A DNA stretch of 64,000 nt. It comes from Dehalococcoidia bacterium (GTDB lineage Bacteria > Chloroflexota > Dehalococcoidia > Bin125). This document shows, piece after piece, positions 20,345 through 29,937 of the stretch. Within the stretch, counting starts at the first letter, position 1; each line of letters starts with the position of its first letter. The translations under genes and the position numbers were made by a program. The notes beneath the pieces are model-generated. The model had not been told where the DNA came from, did no database searches, and worked only from the letters and a program-made list of their open reading frames with translations. The DNA lies in assembly GCA_963663895.2 (NCBI GenBank), contig CAXXRD010000002.1, positions 744,484-808,483 on the forward strand, in the 5' to 3' direction.

Positions 20345-21361
20345 ATGACGAGAGAGCTGACCGTCGCACTTGTCGGTGCCACGGGCGTCGTGGGTGAGCA
20401 GTTTCTCCGGATCATGGAGGCGCGCGCGCTGCCGGTGCGCGAGATCCGGCTTCTGGCGACGGCCCGTTCCGCCGGGCGCGCGATCCCGTTTCGCGACGAG
20501 ACCCTCACCGTTGCGGAGACGAGCGAGGCGGCGCTGGCTGGCGCCGACGTCGTCTTCGTGTCGGCGTCCACGGAGGCCTCGCGGCATTGGTGCCCGATCG
20601 CGCGAGAGCTGGGGGCCGTCGCCTTCGACGACTCCTCCGCGTTCCGCATGGAGCCCGACGTGCCGCTCGTTGTTCCGGAGATCAACGGCGAGACGCTTCG
20701 ATCGCACCGGGGAATCATCGCGACGCCCAACTGTTCGACCGTGCCCGTGGTCCTGACCCTGGCTCCGTTGATGCGCGAGCGCGCCGTCCGGCGCGTGATC
20801 GCCGACACCTACCAGTCCGTCTCGGGAAGCGGCGGCGCCGCGGTGGTGGAGCTGCGCGAGCAGACGGCTGCCCGGCTCGCCGATCGCACGCACGAGCCCG
20901 AGGTCTATCCCAAGCAGATCGCCTTCAACACCATTCCCCAGGTCGATCTCTTCCTGGAGGACGGCTACACCAAAGAGGAATGGAAGATGATCGCGGAGAG
21001 TCGCAAGATCCTGGAGCAAGCGGATCTGGCGATCAGCGCGACGTGCGTGCGCGTTCCTACCTTCGTGGCACACGCGGCGGCGCTGCACGTTGAGCTGGAC
21101 GCGCCCCTCACGGCCGCGGAGGCGCGCGTCCTCTGGAGCGGACAGGACGGGCTGGCTGTCGTGGACGACCCCGTCCACGCGGGCTATCCGACGCCCGTCG
21201 ACAGCGCCCATCGTGATCCGGTCTTCGTGGGGCGCGTGCGGCAGGACGCCTCCCACCCGAACGGCCTCGCCTACTGGGTCGTCAGCGATAATCTGCGGAA
21301 GGGTGCGGCGCTGAACATCGTGCAGATGGTCGAGTGGATGCTGGCCGACGGCTGCTTATAG
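20345..21361 (+). CDS. asd: Aspartate-semialdehyde dehydrogenase
   Basis: VGATGVVG, PNCST, TYQSVSGSG, DNLRKGAA. Confidence 0.97.
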   Translation: MTRELTVALVGATGVVGEQFLRIMEARALPVREIRLLATARSAGRAIPFRDETLTVAETSEAALAGADVVFVSASTEASRHWCPIARELGAVAFDDSSAFRMEPDVPLVVPEINGETLRSHRGIIATPNCSTVPVVLTLAPLMRERAVRRVIADTYQSVSGSGGAAVVELREQTAARLADRTHEPEVYPKQIAFNTIPQVDLFLEDGYTKEEWKMIAESRKILEQADLAISATCVRVPTFVAHAAALHVELDAPLTAAEARVLWSGQDGLAVVDDPVHAGYPTPVDSAHRDPVFVGRVRQDASHPNGLAYWVVSDNLRKGAALNIVQMVEWMLADGCL

Positions 21362-21389
21362 CGGACGCACGGAACGACTGAGCAAGACC

Positions 21390-22295
21390 ATGACCGAACT
21401 CGGACGCCTCTTTACCGCCATGGTCACGCCGATGCGGCCGGACGAATCGGTCGACGTCGACCAAGCCAAGCGATTGGCAAGGTCGCTGCTGGAGACGGGC
21501 AGCGACGGACTGGTGGTCTGTGGCACCACCGGCGAAGCGTCGACGCTGGAATTCGAAGAGGAGCGCCTGCTCTTCCGCGAGCTGCTGCCGGTTGTGCGGG
21601 AGCACGGCGCCGCACTGGTTGCGGGCACGGGTTCGAACAGCACGCGCACGGCGATTGACTCGTCGATGCGCGCGGAGCGGATCGGCGTCGACGCGCTTCT
21701 CCTGGTGGTGCCCTACTACAACAAGCCCTCGCAGGAGGGGCTCTACCGGCATTTTCAGGCGCTGGCCGCGTCGGTCCGGATCCCCTGCATTCTCTACAAC
21801 GTTCCCAGCCGTACCGGTACCAACATGACTGCGGACACGCAGCTGCGGCTCGCTGCGATCCCCAACATCGTCGGGACCAAGGAGGCCAGCGGTGACCTGG
21901 ACCAGATCGGTCGCATCATCGCTGGGGCCCCCGAGGGGTTCCGTGTCTGGAGCGGCAACGACGGGGACAACTTACCCATCCTCTCGATCGGCGGTTACGG
22001 CGCGGTCAGCGTCGTCTCGCATCTGGCCGGGCGGCAGGTGCGCGGCTGCATTGATGCGGCCGTGCGCGGCGATCTGGCGGAGGCAGGTCGCATCCATCGA
22101 CGGCTCATGCCGCTCGTGAAGGCCATGTTCCTCGATGGCAACCCGGTGCCTCTCAAGTACGCCTTGAATCATGTGGGGTTCCCGGTCGGCCCGTCCCGCC
22201 CTCCCTTGGTGGAGCCGGACGAGGCGACTGCCGCGAAGATCCGCGCCGCCGTGGCCGCAGCACAGATCGACCTGCCGGTCTCGGTTTCGCCGTAG
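21390..22295 (+). CDS. dapA: 4-hydroxy-tetrahydrodipicolinate synthase
   Basis: GTTGE, PYYNKP, LYNVPSRT, KEASG. Confidence 0.97.
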   Translation: MTELGRLFTAMVTPMRPDESVDVDQAKRLARSLLETGSDGLVVCGTTGEASTLEFEEERLLFRELLPVVREHGAALVAGTGSNSTRTAIDSSMRAERIGVDALLLVVPYYNKPSQEGLYRHFQALAASVRIPCILYNVPSRTGTNMTADTQLRLAAIPNIVGTKEASGDLDQIGRIIAGAPEGFRVWSGNDGDNLPILSIGGYGAVSVVSHLAGRQVRGCIDAAVRGDLAEAGRIHRRLMPLVKAMFLDGNPVPLKYALNHVGFPVGPSRPPLVEPDEATAAKIRAAVAAAQIDLPVSVSP

Positions 22296-22472
22296 TCGCA
22301 CCCGCGGCCGTCGCGGCGGCTCGTGATCTAAATGCTAGCTGCGCGCTGCGTGTTGGTTAGGGCTCAGATCAGCTGGAAGGGCAGGCACCGCGCGAGCCGG
22401 CGGCACGACGCGACCTGCGCGCTCGTCGGCCGGATCGGGATGGAGGCACGGGACCCAAGCTTCCCCGGCTGC

Positions 22473-22751
22473 CTACTGGGGAGGCGGCTCTTCCCCGTCC
22501 TGGGTTTCGTCTTGGCCGTCCGCCCCGTCCTCGCTCTCCGGTTCACGGCATTGATCGTCCGTCCGCTCCGGATCGTCCGGGAAGAGCTGTTCGATCTCCT
22601 GACAGGCGGCTTCGGCAGCCACCCGCGACTCCGATTCACTGCCCGTCACCTCGTCATGAATCGCGAAGCCCACGACCGCCGCTAGTCCCGCGACGAGCAG
22701 GGCGGTGACGATGAAAACCCAAAAGATGGTTGGAGTCCCGCGGTTGGCCAT
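22473..22751 (-). CDS. Small membrane-anchored protein with acidic tail
   Basis: One N-terminal TM helix, Cys pair, acidic C-terminus. Confidence 0.55.
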   Translation of the reverse strand: MANRGTPTIFWVFIVTALLVAGLAAVVGFAIHDEVTGSESESRVAAEAACQEIEQLFPDDPERTDDQCREPESEDGADGQDETQDGEEPPPQ

Positions 22752-22881
22752 GGCACCTAACAGCTTCGTAGCGACCCGGCGGCGCTCGCCCAGGCGGAGC
22801 GTCGCTGCCGGGCCGTATCTTAGCGAATGCCGCCGTTAGCTGGAATCGCGTCGCGCAACGGCGCCCTTGCCTTGTGTTCCG

Positions 22882-23433
22882 TTAGATCTGCCGCAACGCG
22901 AGGGCGTCTTCCTGCAGGAAGCCGGCCGCGATCACGGTGAGCAGCGATGCCAGCAGCCCGATGACGGCCAGCAAAACCGACCAGCGGCGCAGGCGCTGAG
23001 CGCGCGCCTGCGCTCCGGCCTCGCTCCGCTCCGCCGCCGCCTCCAACAACGCCAGGATCCGTGGTCCGGTCACGAACGAGTGCAGGGCGACGGCCAGGAT
23101 CGCGACCAGGACGATGGCCATCTTCGCGCTGAAGATGTAGCCCCAGCGCACGTCGAAGATATCGCCGCCGAACGGTGCCGCGATCGCTTCCACCGCCGCC
23201 CGGCGCTCCGCCTCCATGATCAGGCCCGTGATGACGAGTCCCGCCATCGCGGGCCAGGCGACCAGGTTGAAGCGCCGCGTGAAGCGCCGGAGCGTCGCGA
23301 GGCGCGTGCGGTCGTCGTCGATGGCGCGGAGGGCAGGCACGACCGCCGCCGCGGCCAGGAGTTGCGGCCCCACCCAGATCGTGGCGAACAGCACATGCAG
23401 GCCGGTCAGAATCGCATCGCCGGTCACGGGCAC
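22882..23433 (-). CDS. CopD/DUF4149-like membrane protein
   Basis: LHVLFATIWVG, TG, K...H pattern; four TM helices; AGGAG RBS. Confidence 0.7.
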   Translation of the reverse strand: MPVTGDAILTGLHVLFATIWVGPQLLAAAAVVPALRAIDDDRTRLATLRRFTRRFNLVAWPAMAGLVITGLIMEAERRAAVEAIAAPFGGDIFDVRWGYIFSAKMAIVLVAILAVALHSFVTGPRILALLEAAAERSEAGAQARAQRLRRWSVLLAVIGLLASLLTVIAAGFLQEDALALRQI

Positions 23434-23452
23434 TCCTTCTAGACAGCCATGA

Positions 23453-24739
23453 CTAAAGGATCGGGCTGACGATGATCGCTTCGTTGCGCTCGGGGCCCAC
23501 GCCCACGATGTCGGCGGGAGCGCCGAGCAGGCTCTCGATCCGCCGGACGTAGCTCATCGCCGCCGCTGGCAGATCCTCGAAGCGGCGGCAGCCCGTGGTC
23601 TGGCTGAGCCAGCCGGGTAGATCTTCCCACACGGGCTGCGCTGCCGCGATCGCCGCGTGGCTACTGGGGAACCGCTCGACCCGCCGTCCGCCGATTTCGT
23701 AGGCCACGCAGATCCTGATCGTCTCGAAGGTGTCCAATACGTCGAGGCGCGTCAGGGCGATGCTGCTACAGCCGTTGAGTTCGATGGAGTACCGTCCTGC
23801 GACCGCGTCGAACCAGCCGCAGCGTCGCGGGCGGCCCGTCGTTGTGCCGTACTCCTGCCCGCACTCGCGCAGGCGGTCGCCTCCCGCCCCCCGCAGCTCG
23901 CTGGGCATGGGGCCATTCCCGACGCGCGTCTGGTACGCCTTGTAGATCCCGACGACGCGGCTCACGTCCAGGGGGCTGATCCCCACTCCCAGCGCTGCCC
24001 CGGCGGCCGTCGAGCTCGGGACGGACGAGGTGACGTAGTCGTACGTCCCCATGTCGAGGTCGAGCAGGCTGCCCTGCGCGCCCTCAAGCACGATCCGATC
24101 GCCCCGGCCGATCGCCTCCTGGCAGATGTGGCTCGTGTCCGTGACATAGGGCTCGAGCCGCGCCCAGTGCTCCCGGTAGCGCGCGAAGATGTCGTCGAAG
24201 TCCAGAGGAGCGCGGTTGTAGAGCTGCGTGAGGACGCGGTTCTTGTACCCGAGGACGAAGCGGAGCCGCTCCGCGAAGCTGGTGGCGTCGGCCAGGTCGG
24301 ACAGGCGCAGGCCCATCCGTGCGACTTTGTCGATGAAGGCGGGACCGACGCCCTTGCCCGTCGTTCCCACCGCGTGCGCCCCCCGGAGCTCCTCATCCGC
24401 CGCGTCGATGATGGGGTGCCAGGGCATGACGACCTGCGCGCGATCCGAGACGAACAGCCGCTGCGTGTTGACGCCCCGCTCTTCAAGCATCTCGATTTCG
24501 TGAATCAGCTCGGCCGGATCAACGACCACGCCGTTGCCGATCACGCAGATCATCTCCGAAAAGATGCCCGCCGGCACGAGGTGCAGGGCGAACTTCCCGA
24601 GGTCGTTCACGACCGTATGCCCCGCGTTATGCCCCGCGGAGTAGCGAGCGATGATCTGCGCCTTGCGAGCGATCAGATCGACGATCCGGCCTTTACCTTC
24701 GTCGCCCCACTGCCCGCCGATAACGACAACCGCCGGCAT
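23453..24739 (-). CDS. purA: Adenylosuccinate synthetase
   Basis: QWGDEGKG, NAGHT, EGAQG, TTGRPRRCGWFD. Confidence 0.98.
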   Translation of the reverse strand: MPAVVVIGGQWGDEGKGRIVDLIARKAQIIARYSAGHNAGHTVVNDLGKFALHLVPAGIFSEMICVIGNGVVVDPAELIHEIEMLEERGVNTQRLFVSDRAQVVMPWHPIIDAADEELRGAHAVGTTGKGVGPAFIDKVARMGLRLSDLADATSFAERLRFVLGYKNRVLTQLYNRAPLDFDDIFARYREHWARLEPYVTDTSHICQEAIGRGDRIVLEGAQGSLLDLDMGTYDYVTSSVPSSTAAGAALGVGISPLDVSRVVGIYKAYQTRVGNGPMPSELRGAGGDRLRECGQEYGTTTGRPRRCGWFDAVAGRYSIELNGCSSIALTRLDVLDTFETIRICVAYEIGGRRVERFPSSHAAIAAAQPVWEDLPGWLSQTTGCRRFEDLPAAAMSYVRRIESLLGAPADIVGVGPERNEAIIVSPIL

Positions 24740-24885
24740 TTATGCCGTTCCCGTCAGGCACGCACGCGCGAACGGGCGTGCTCCCGCGTTAAAAACCCGC
24801 GGGATTGTAGCACGCATCCCGTGCGATCCCGGTTGATGAAGCGCGTTAGCGGATAAACTAGGCTGCAGCGATCCCCAGCGTACGA

Positions 24886-26886
24886 GTGGAGAGGCGTGTG
24901 GAGTCCGAGATCGATTTCGCGCCCCTGCTGCTGGTATCGGCCCTCGCATTTTTGATCCCCTTGGCTACGCACCGACTCAGTGGCGGGACGCTCCCTTCCG
25001 TTGTCGGCGAGATCGGCGCCGGGATCATCTTTGGGCAGACGCTTCTCGGCGTCATCGAACCGAATGTCTGGCTGGAGTTCCTCTCCCTCTTCGGATTCGC
25101 GTACCTGATGTTCCTCTCCGGGCTGGAGGTCGACGTCGGCCTGCTGACGCGGCCGCTGGGCGGCGCTTGGTACAAGCCGATCGCTGTATTGAAGCATCCG
25201 CTGGTTGCTGGTACCGGCTTGCTCGCTCTCATCCTCGCGGCGACCGCCCTCGTTCTCTGGGGCCTGAACGAGTGGGACAAGATCGACGACTTTGCGCTGC
25301 TGCTCTTCGTGCTGAGCGCCACGTCGGTCGGCGTGATGGTGCCGGTGCTGAAGCTGCGCCAAGAGTCGGGCGCGTACGGGCAAACGCTCTTAGTGGCGGG
25401 CTTCTTGGTGGAGTTCGTCGCCATCGTCGCGATCGGCATCATCGTCGCGATCGACCGCGAGGGTCTCGGCTTGGAGGCGGCGCTGCTGCTGGCGCTGCCG
25501 GGCGCCTTCGCCGCCCTGCTGCTGCTCGCGCGGCAGAGCCACCGCCGCATTCCGCAGCTCGTGGCGCTGTTGACTGAGTTGGCGCACGCCTCGTCGCAGA
25601 TCCAGATTCGCGGCGCGCTGGCCCTGCTCGTCGTGTTCGTGGTCCTGTCGCAGGTGGTCGGGACGGAGTTGGTGCTGGGTGCGTTCTTCGCCGGTCTGGC
25701 GCTCACGATCCTTACGCCGCGGCACGGATCGTCGATGCGGGTGAAACTCGACGCGCTGGGCTACGGCTTTTTCATTCCCGTGTTCTTCATCACTGCTGGC
25801 GCGACGATCGACCTCGAAGCGGTAACGCGAGCCGGATCCAGCGCCATTTTGATCCCCGCCTTTCTCGGCGCCGGCATAGCCGTCAAGGTGTTGCCGGCGC
25901 TCCTCACGCTCTCGCCCGGATTCGGACTGCGGCGCGCCTTGGCCGGCGGCATGCTCCTGACCGCCAACCTCAGCATCATTTTGGCTGCCACGACGGTCGC
26001 GGTGGAGACGGAGCGCATCGACGAGGGCACCAGCGCCGCCCTCTTGATCCTCGCGATCGTGAGCACCGGCCTGGCGCCGATCGCGTTCAACTTCCTCTTC
26101 CCCACGGCGCGCGCGGAGAAGCTCAGCCGCGCCATCGTCGTGGGGGCTGGGGCAACCGGCGGCGAGATGGCGCGCCGGCTCTTCCACAGCGGGTTGGCGG
26201 TCACCGTGATCGATATCGCCGCTGAGGCGCTGGCTCCTCTCGCCGCGATCGGCTGCGAGACGGTGGCGGGCGACGCCCGCAACCCTTCCACCATTGGCCG
26301 CGCCGCGCCGCGCTACGCGGAGTTGGCGGTGATCGCAACCAGCAACCCCGATCTTGCCTATGACTCCGCGCTCGCGCTGCGGCAATACAACGCCGATCTG
26401 CGGATCGTCACGCTGGTACGGGATCCGGACCCGCGACTGGAGTCGTTGGACGTCGAAGTCCATCGGCTGGGGACGGCCGCCGCGGTGGCGCTGGAGGGCG
26501 CGGTTCTGCGGCCCAGCCTGTTCTTCGCGTTGGGCGGCGGGTCGTACGGCGCGCTGGAGGAAGTGGTCCTGCGCGATCCGGGGCTGGCCGAGCGGCCGCT
26601 GTTCGATCTCGATTTACCCGGCAGCGTGCGCGTGATCCTCATCCTGCGCGATGGCTCCTTGATCATCCCCGAGGGTGACTCCGAGCTGCGCTTGGAAGAT
26701 CGCGTGACGCTGGGCGGCGAGCCCGCTGCGGTCCGCGAGGCGTATCGGATGTTCAGCGGCCGGGATCTGGAATCCTCCCGCCGCGCCGCCGCCGGGCTCA
26801 CGGACGCCCCCCCGCCGGTTGCCCGGACCGTCCCTGATTCAGCGATCGAGCGTGTGGAGAGCGAAGCCAACCACCGCCAGCACTAG
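24886..26886 (+). CDS. CPA2 cation:proton antiporter with TrkA-N and TrkA-C (RCK) domains
   Basis: Multi-TM region with LMFLSGLE and FFIPVFF; GAGATG Rossmann motif; C-terminal IPEGD...EDRV. Confidence 0.9.
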   Translation: MERRVESEIDFAPLLLVSALAFLIPLATHRLSGGTLPSVVGEIGAGIIFGQTLLGVIEPNVWLEFLSLFGFAYLMFLSGLEVDVGLLTRPLGGAWYKPIAVLKHPLVAGTGLLALILAATALVLWGLNEWDKIDDFALLLFVLSATSVGVMVPVLKLRQESGAYGQTLLVAGFLVEFVAIVAIGIIVAIDREGLGLEAALLLALPGAFAALLLLARQSHRRIPQLVALLTELAHASSQIQIRGALALLVVFVVLSQVVGTELVLGAFFAGLALTILTPRHGSSMRVKLDALGYGFFIPVFFITAGATIDLEAVTRAGSSAILIPAFLGAGIAVKVLPALLTLSPGFGLRRALAGGMLLTANLSIILAATTVAVETERIDEGTSAALLILAIVSTGLAPIAFNFLFPTARAEKLSRAIVVGAGATGGEMARRLFHSGLAVTVIDIAAEALAPLAAIGCETVAGDARNPSTIGRAAPRYAELAVIATSNPDLAYDSALALRQYNADLRIVTLVRDPDPRLESLDVEVHRLGTAAAVALEGAVLRPSLFFALGGGSYGALEEVVLRDPGLAERPLFDLDLPGSVRVILILRDGSLIIPEGDSELRLEDRVTLGGEPAAVREAYRMFSGRDLESSRRAAAGLTDAPPPVARTVPDSAIERVESEANHRQH

Positions 26887-27671
26887 CGCCCCTGGAACCT
26901 CGGCTCGCGCTTCTCGATGAAAGCGGTGAGGCCCTCTTGCCAGTCTTCGGTTTGGGACAAGGGCTGCCCCAAGTGCTCCTCCAGCGCCAGGCCGTGGGCC
27001 AGTGGCATGTCGAGGCCGCGCAGCATCGCCTCCTTCGCCGCGCGCACCGCGAGCGGACCGCGCGCGCCGACTGTGCGGGCCATCTGCATTGCCGCGGGCA
27101 TCAGATCGTCGTGCGGCACGACACGGTTGATTAGCCCGACGCGATGGGCTTCCCGTGCATCGATCGGCTCGCCGGTCAGCAGCATCTCGTTGGCGATGGC
27201 GCTGGAGATCGCGCGGGGCAGGCGCTGCGACCCGCCCGCGCCCGTGAAGACACCGAGCTTGACTTCGGGCACGCCGAAGCGGGCGCGCTCCGAGGCGATG
27301 CGGATATCGCAGCAGAGCGCCAGCTCAAGGCCGCCTCCCAACGCGTAGCCGTTGATCGCGGCGATGATCGGCTTGAACACCGGTTCGCCCCGGGCCATGC
27401 CGAACATGGGGATCCCTTGGTGATGCGGACCGCCGTCGCCTTCGCTGTGGCGCGCGATCAGGTCGGCGCCGGCTGAGAAGGCGCGGTCGCCGGCACCCGT
27501 CAGCACCGCGACCCAGAGGTCATCGTTGAGGCGGAAGTCGCGCCACACGTCGAAGAGCTCGCGCGACGTCTGATTGCTGATCGCATTGAGTCGCTCCTGC
27601 CGGTCGATCGTGACGATGGCGATATGCTCATCGCGCTCGTAGCGCACCTGTTCCAGCGTGAGTTCGGCCAT
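26883..27671 (-). CDS. Enoyl-CoA hydratase/isomerase family protein
   Basis: AFSAGAD, KPIIAAINGYALGGGLELAL, PEVKLG. Confidence 0.93.
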   Translation of the reverse strand: MAELTLEQVRYERDEHIAIVTIDRQERLNAISNQTSRELFDVWRDFRLNDDLWVAVLTGAGDRAFSAGADLIARHSEGDGGPHHQGIPMFGMARGEPVFKPIIAAINGYALGGGLELALCCDIRIASERARFGVPEVKLGVFTGAGGSQRLPRAISSAIANEMLLTGEPIDAREAHRVGLINRVVPHDDLMPAAMQMARTVGARGPLAVRAAKEAMLRGLDMPLAHGLALEEHLGQPLSQTEDWQEGLTAFIEKREPRFQGR

Positions 27672-28248
27672 GTTCGCGCCTTTCATCGGTGATCGGGCGA
27701 GCGCGAGACTAGCATGGGCGAATGGACGGTTCGTTCGCCTTGCCGGATCCCCCAGCGGCCGCCTGCTAGAGGTCAAGGAACGACTGCAAGGGGCGCCGCT
27801 GCGATTCTCGATCGAGCGCTGGTTGGTGACGGAGTCACTCGCGGTGGGGCGGTGGTTTGCCTCGGACGATCGCTACGTGGCCGCGGGCACCAGCTCCTGG
27901 GGTTGCTGGTGGCGCGGGCGGCCCTACGGCGCCTACCGCATCCACCGACCAGACGGCTCGCTGCGCAGCTACCGGATCGATGTGGTGGAAGCGGTCCGGA
28001 TCACCGCCGACGTTGTGCGCTATCGAGACTTGCTTCTCGATGCCTGGATTTTGCCGTCCGGTGCGCTCCGCCTGGAGGACGAAGACGAAGTGGCCGCTGC
28101 TTTGGATGCGGGCGTGCTCTCCCCGGCGCAGCAGCGGCGCATCTGCCGCACCAAGGCGCTGATTGAGCGGCGAACGGGCGAGCTTACCCGTCGGATCGAT
28201 GCGACGATCGCGGAGGCGGTAGCCCGAGTCCGGCGGGCCGAAGCCTAA
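27670..28248 (+). CDS. DUF402/FomD-like protein (start uncertain)
   Basis: YRIDVV...YRDLLLD...LEDEDE acidic motifs. Confidence 0.7.
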   Translation: MFAPFIGDRASARLAWANGRFVRLAGSPSGRLLEVKERLQGAPLRFSIERWLVTESLAVGRWFASDDRYVAAGTSSWGCWWRGRPYGAYRIHRPDGSLRSYRIDVVEAVRITADVVRYRDLLLDAWILPSGALRLEDEDEVAAALDAGVLSPAQQRRICRTKALIERRTGELTRRIDATIAEAVARVRRAEA

Positions 28249-28712
28249 GCGGTTGGCCGCTTCGGGATCATGGCTTGGCGGGTGAACGCGATCACGGTTT
28301 CGTCGCGCTGGTTGATCCCCTGTGTTCGCACGGTGACGATCCCGCGATCCGGCTGCGACCGCGATTCGCGGACATCCAACACCTCAGTCACAGCGTAGAT
28401 CGTATCGCCGTGAAAGACGGGCTTGCTGTGCACCATGTCCGTGGTGCTGAGGTTCGCGATCGCCTTGCCGCTGATCACCGGCACGGTCATGCCGATCACC
28501 AGGCTGAAGACGAACGGCCCCGGAACCACCCGCTGCCCGAACTGCGTTGCCGCCGCGTACTGTGCGTCGGAGTGCAGCGGGTGGTGGTTCATCGTCAGCA
28601 TGCTGAACAGCACGTCGTCCGCTTCGGTGACCGTCCGTCCGGGCCAATGCTTGATCACCTCACCGACGGTGAACTCTTCGAGATAGCGGCCGAACTGCTC
28701 TCGGGTTGGCAT
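28245..28712 (-). CDS. MaoC-family (R)-specific acyl-CoA dehydratase
   Basis: GRYLEEF, HWPGRTVTEAD, MNHHPLH, PVFHGDT. Confidence 0.92.
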   Translation of the reverse strand: MPTREQFGRYLEEFTVGEVIKHWPGRTVTEADDVLFSMLTMNHHPLHSDAQYAAATQFGQRVVPGPFVFSLVIGMTVPVISGKAIANLSTTDMVHSKPVFHGDTIYAVTEVLDVRESRSQPDRGIVTVRTQGINQRDETVIAFTRQAMIPKRPTA

Positions 28713-28736
28713 GGCGCTGCTGGTCGTCGACTGTGG

Positions 28737-29924
28737 CTATCCGGCTGCGTAGAGTTCCAGCAGGCGGCGCGCGATGACGATCTTCTGGATCTCGCTGGTG
28801 CCTTCACCGACCAACATGAGGGGCGCATCGCGGTAGTAGCGCTCGATGCTGAGCTCTTCCGTGTAGCCGATGCCCCCGTGGATCCGCATGGCTTCCAGCG
28901 AGCACTCGGCCGCCACCTCCGACGCGAAGAGCTTGGCCATTCCCGCCTCCAGGTCGGTGCGCGCGCCCGTATCTTTCTTTCGGGCCGCTTCCATCGTGAG
29001 CAGGCGGGCAGCCCGAATTTTGGTTGCCATTTCCGCCAGCTTGAGCTGAATCGCCTGGTGCCGCGCGATCGGCTGGCCCATCGTCTCGCGCTTCTGTGCG
29101 TACGCGATCGCCGCGTCGAACGCCGCCTGGGCTACGCCGACGCCGCGGGCCGCCACGTTGATCCGCCCGATCTCCAGCCCCGCGATCAGCTGTTTGAAAC
29201 CAAAGCCTTCCTTGCCGCCCAACAGGTTCGCCGCCGGCACGCGCGCGTCTGCGAAGAACAGTTCGCCGGTCTGGGCGCCTTTGTAGCCGAGCTTGGCGAT
29301 CATGCGGCCGATCGTGAAGCCCGGCGTGTCCCGCTCCACGATGAAAGCGCTGATGCCGCGATGGCGGGGCTCGGCCAGCGGATCCGTTTTCGCCAGCGCC
29401 AGGTAGACGCCGCCGCGGTCGGCATTCGTGACGAACAGCTTGTTGCCGTTGAGGACGTAGTCGTCGCCGTCACGCGTCGCGGTCGTGCGGATTCCCTGCA
29501 CGTCGGAGCCCGCGTTGGGCTCGGTCACGCAGAAGCAAGCCTGTGTCTCGCCGCTGACGATCCCCGGGAGGTAGCGCTCTCGCTGGTACGCCGTGCCGAA
29601 ATTCTGGATCGCCCAGGCGTCGATCACGTTGGTATTGATCATCCCCGCCAAGCTCATCCAGCCGCGTGAGATCTCCTCCATCACCGCCGCGTAGGTCTGG
29701 AACGTGAGACCCAAGCCGCCGTATTCCTCGGGGAAGACCATGGCGAAGAGACCCATGTCGAGCATGTCTTGGTGCAACGCGACGGGGAACGTGTTGGCGT
29801 GCTCATACTCGTCCGCCGTCGGGATCACCTTGTCGTCCACCCAGCGGCGCACGCTCCGTACGATGTCGATGCCGACCTCGCCGTCGCCGGCCAGGATCTC
29901 GCGGACGTCCGTAGCGACGCTCAT
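28737..29924 (-). CDS. Acyl-CoA dehydrogenase
   Basis: TEPNAGSD, NGNKLFVTN, IHGGIGY, GEGTSEIQ. Confidence 0.95.
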   Translation of the reverse strand: MSVATDVREILAGDGEVGIDIVRSVRRWVDDKVIPTADEYEHANTFPVALHQDMLDMGLFAMVFPEEYGGLGLTFQTYAAVMEEISRGWMSLAGMINTNVIDAWAIQNFGTAYQRERYLPGIVSGETQACFCVTEPNAGSDVQGIRTTATRDGDDYVLNGNKLFVTNADRGGVYLALAKTDPLAEPRHRGISAFIVERDTPGFTIGRMIAKLGYKGAQTGELFFADARVPAANLLGGKEGFGFKQLIAGLEIGRINVAARGVGVAQAAFDAAIAYAQKRETMGQPIARHQAIQLKLAEMATKIRAARLLTMEAARKKDTGARTDLEAGMAKLFASEVAAECSLEAMRIHGGIGYTEELSIERYYRDAPLMLVGEGTSEIQKIVIARRLLELYAAG

Positions 29925-29937
29925 CGCTTGCTTCCCC

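Noticed and set aside
17408-20808. 652-aa and 681-aa minus-strand ORFs over pnp, dapB and asd
   Set aside because: Antisense to clear core genes; low-complexity Arg/Ala/Gly translations typical of high-GC DNA
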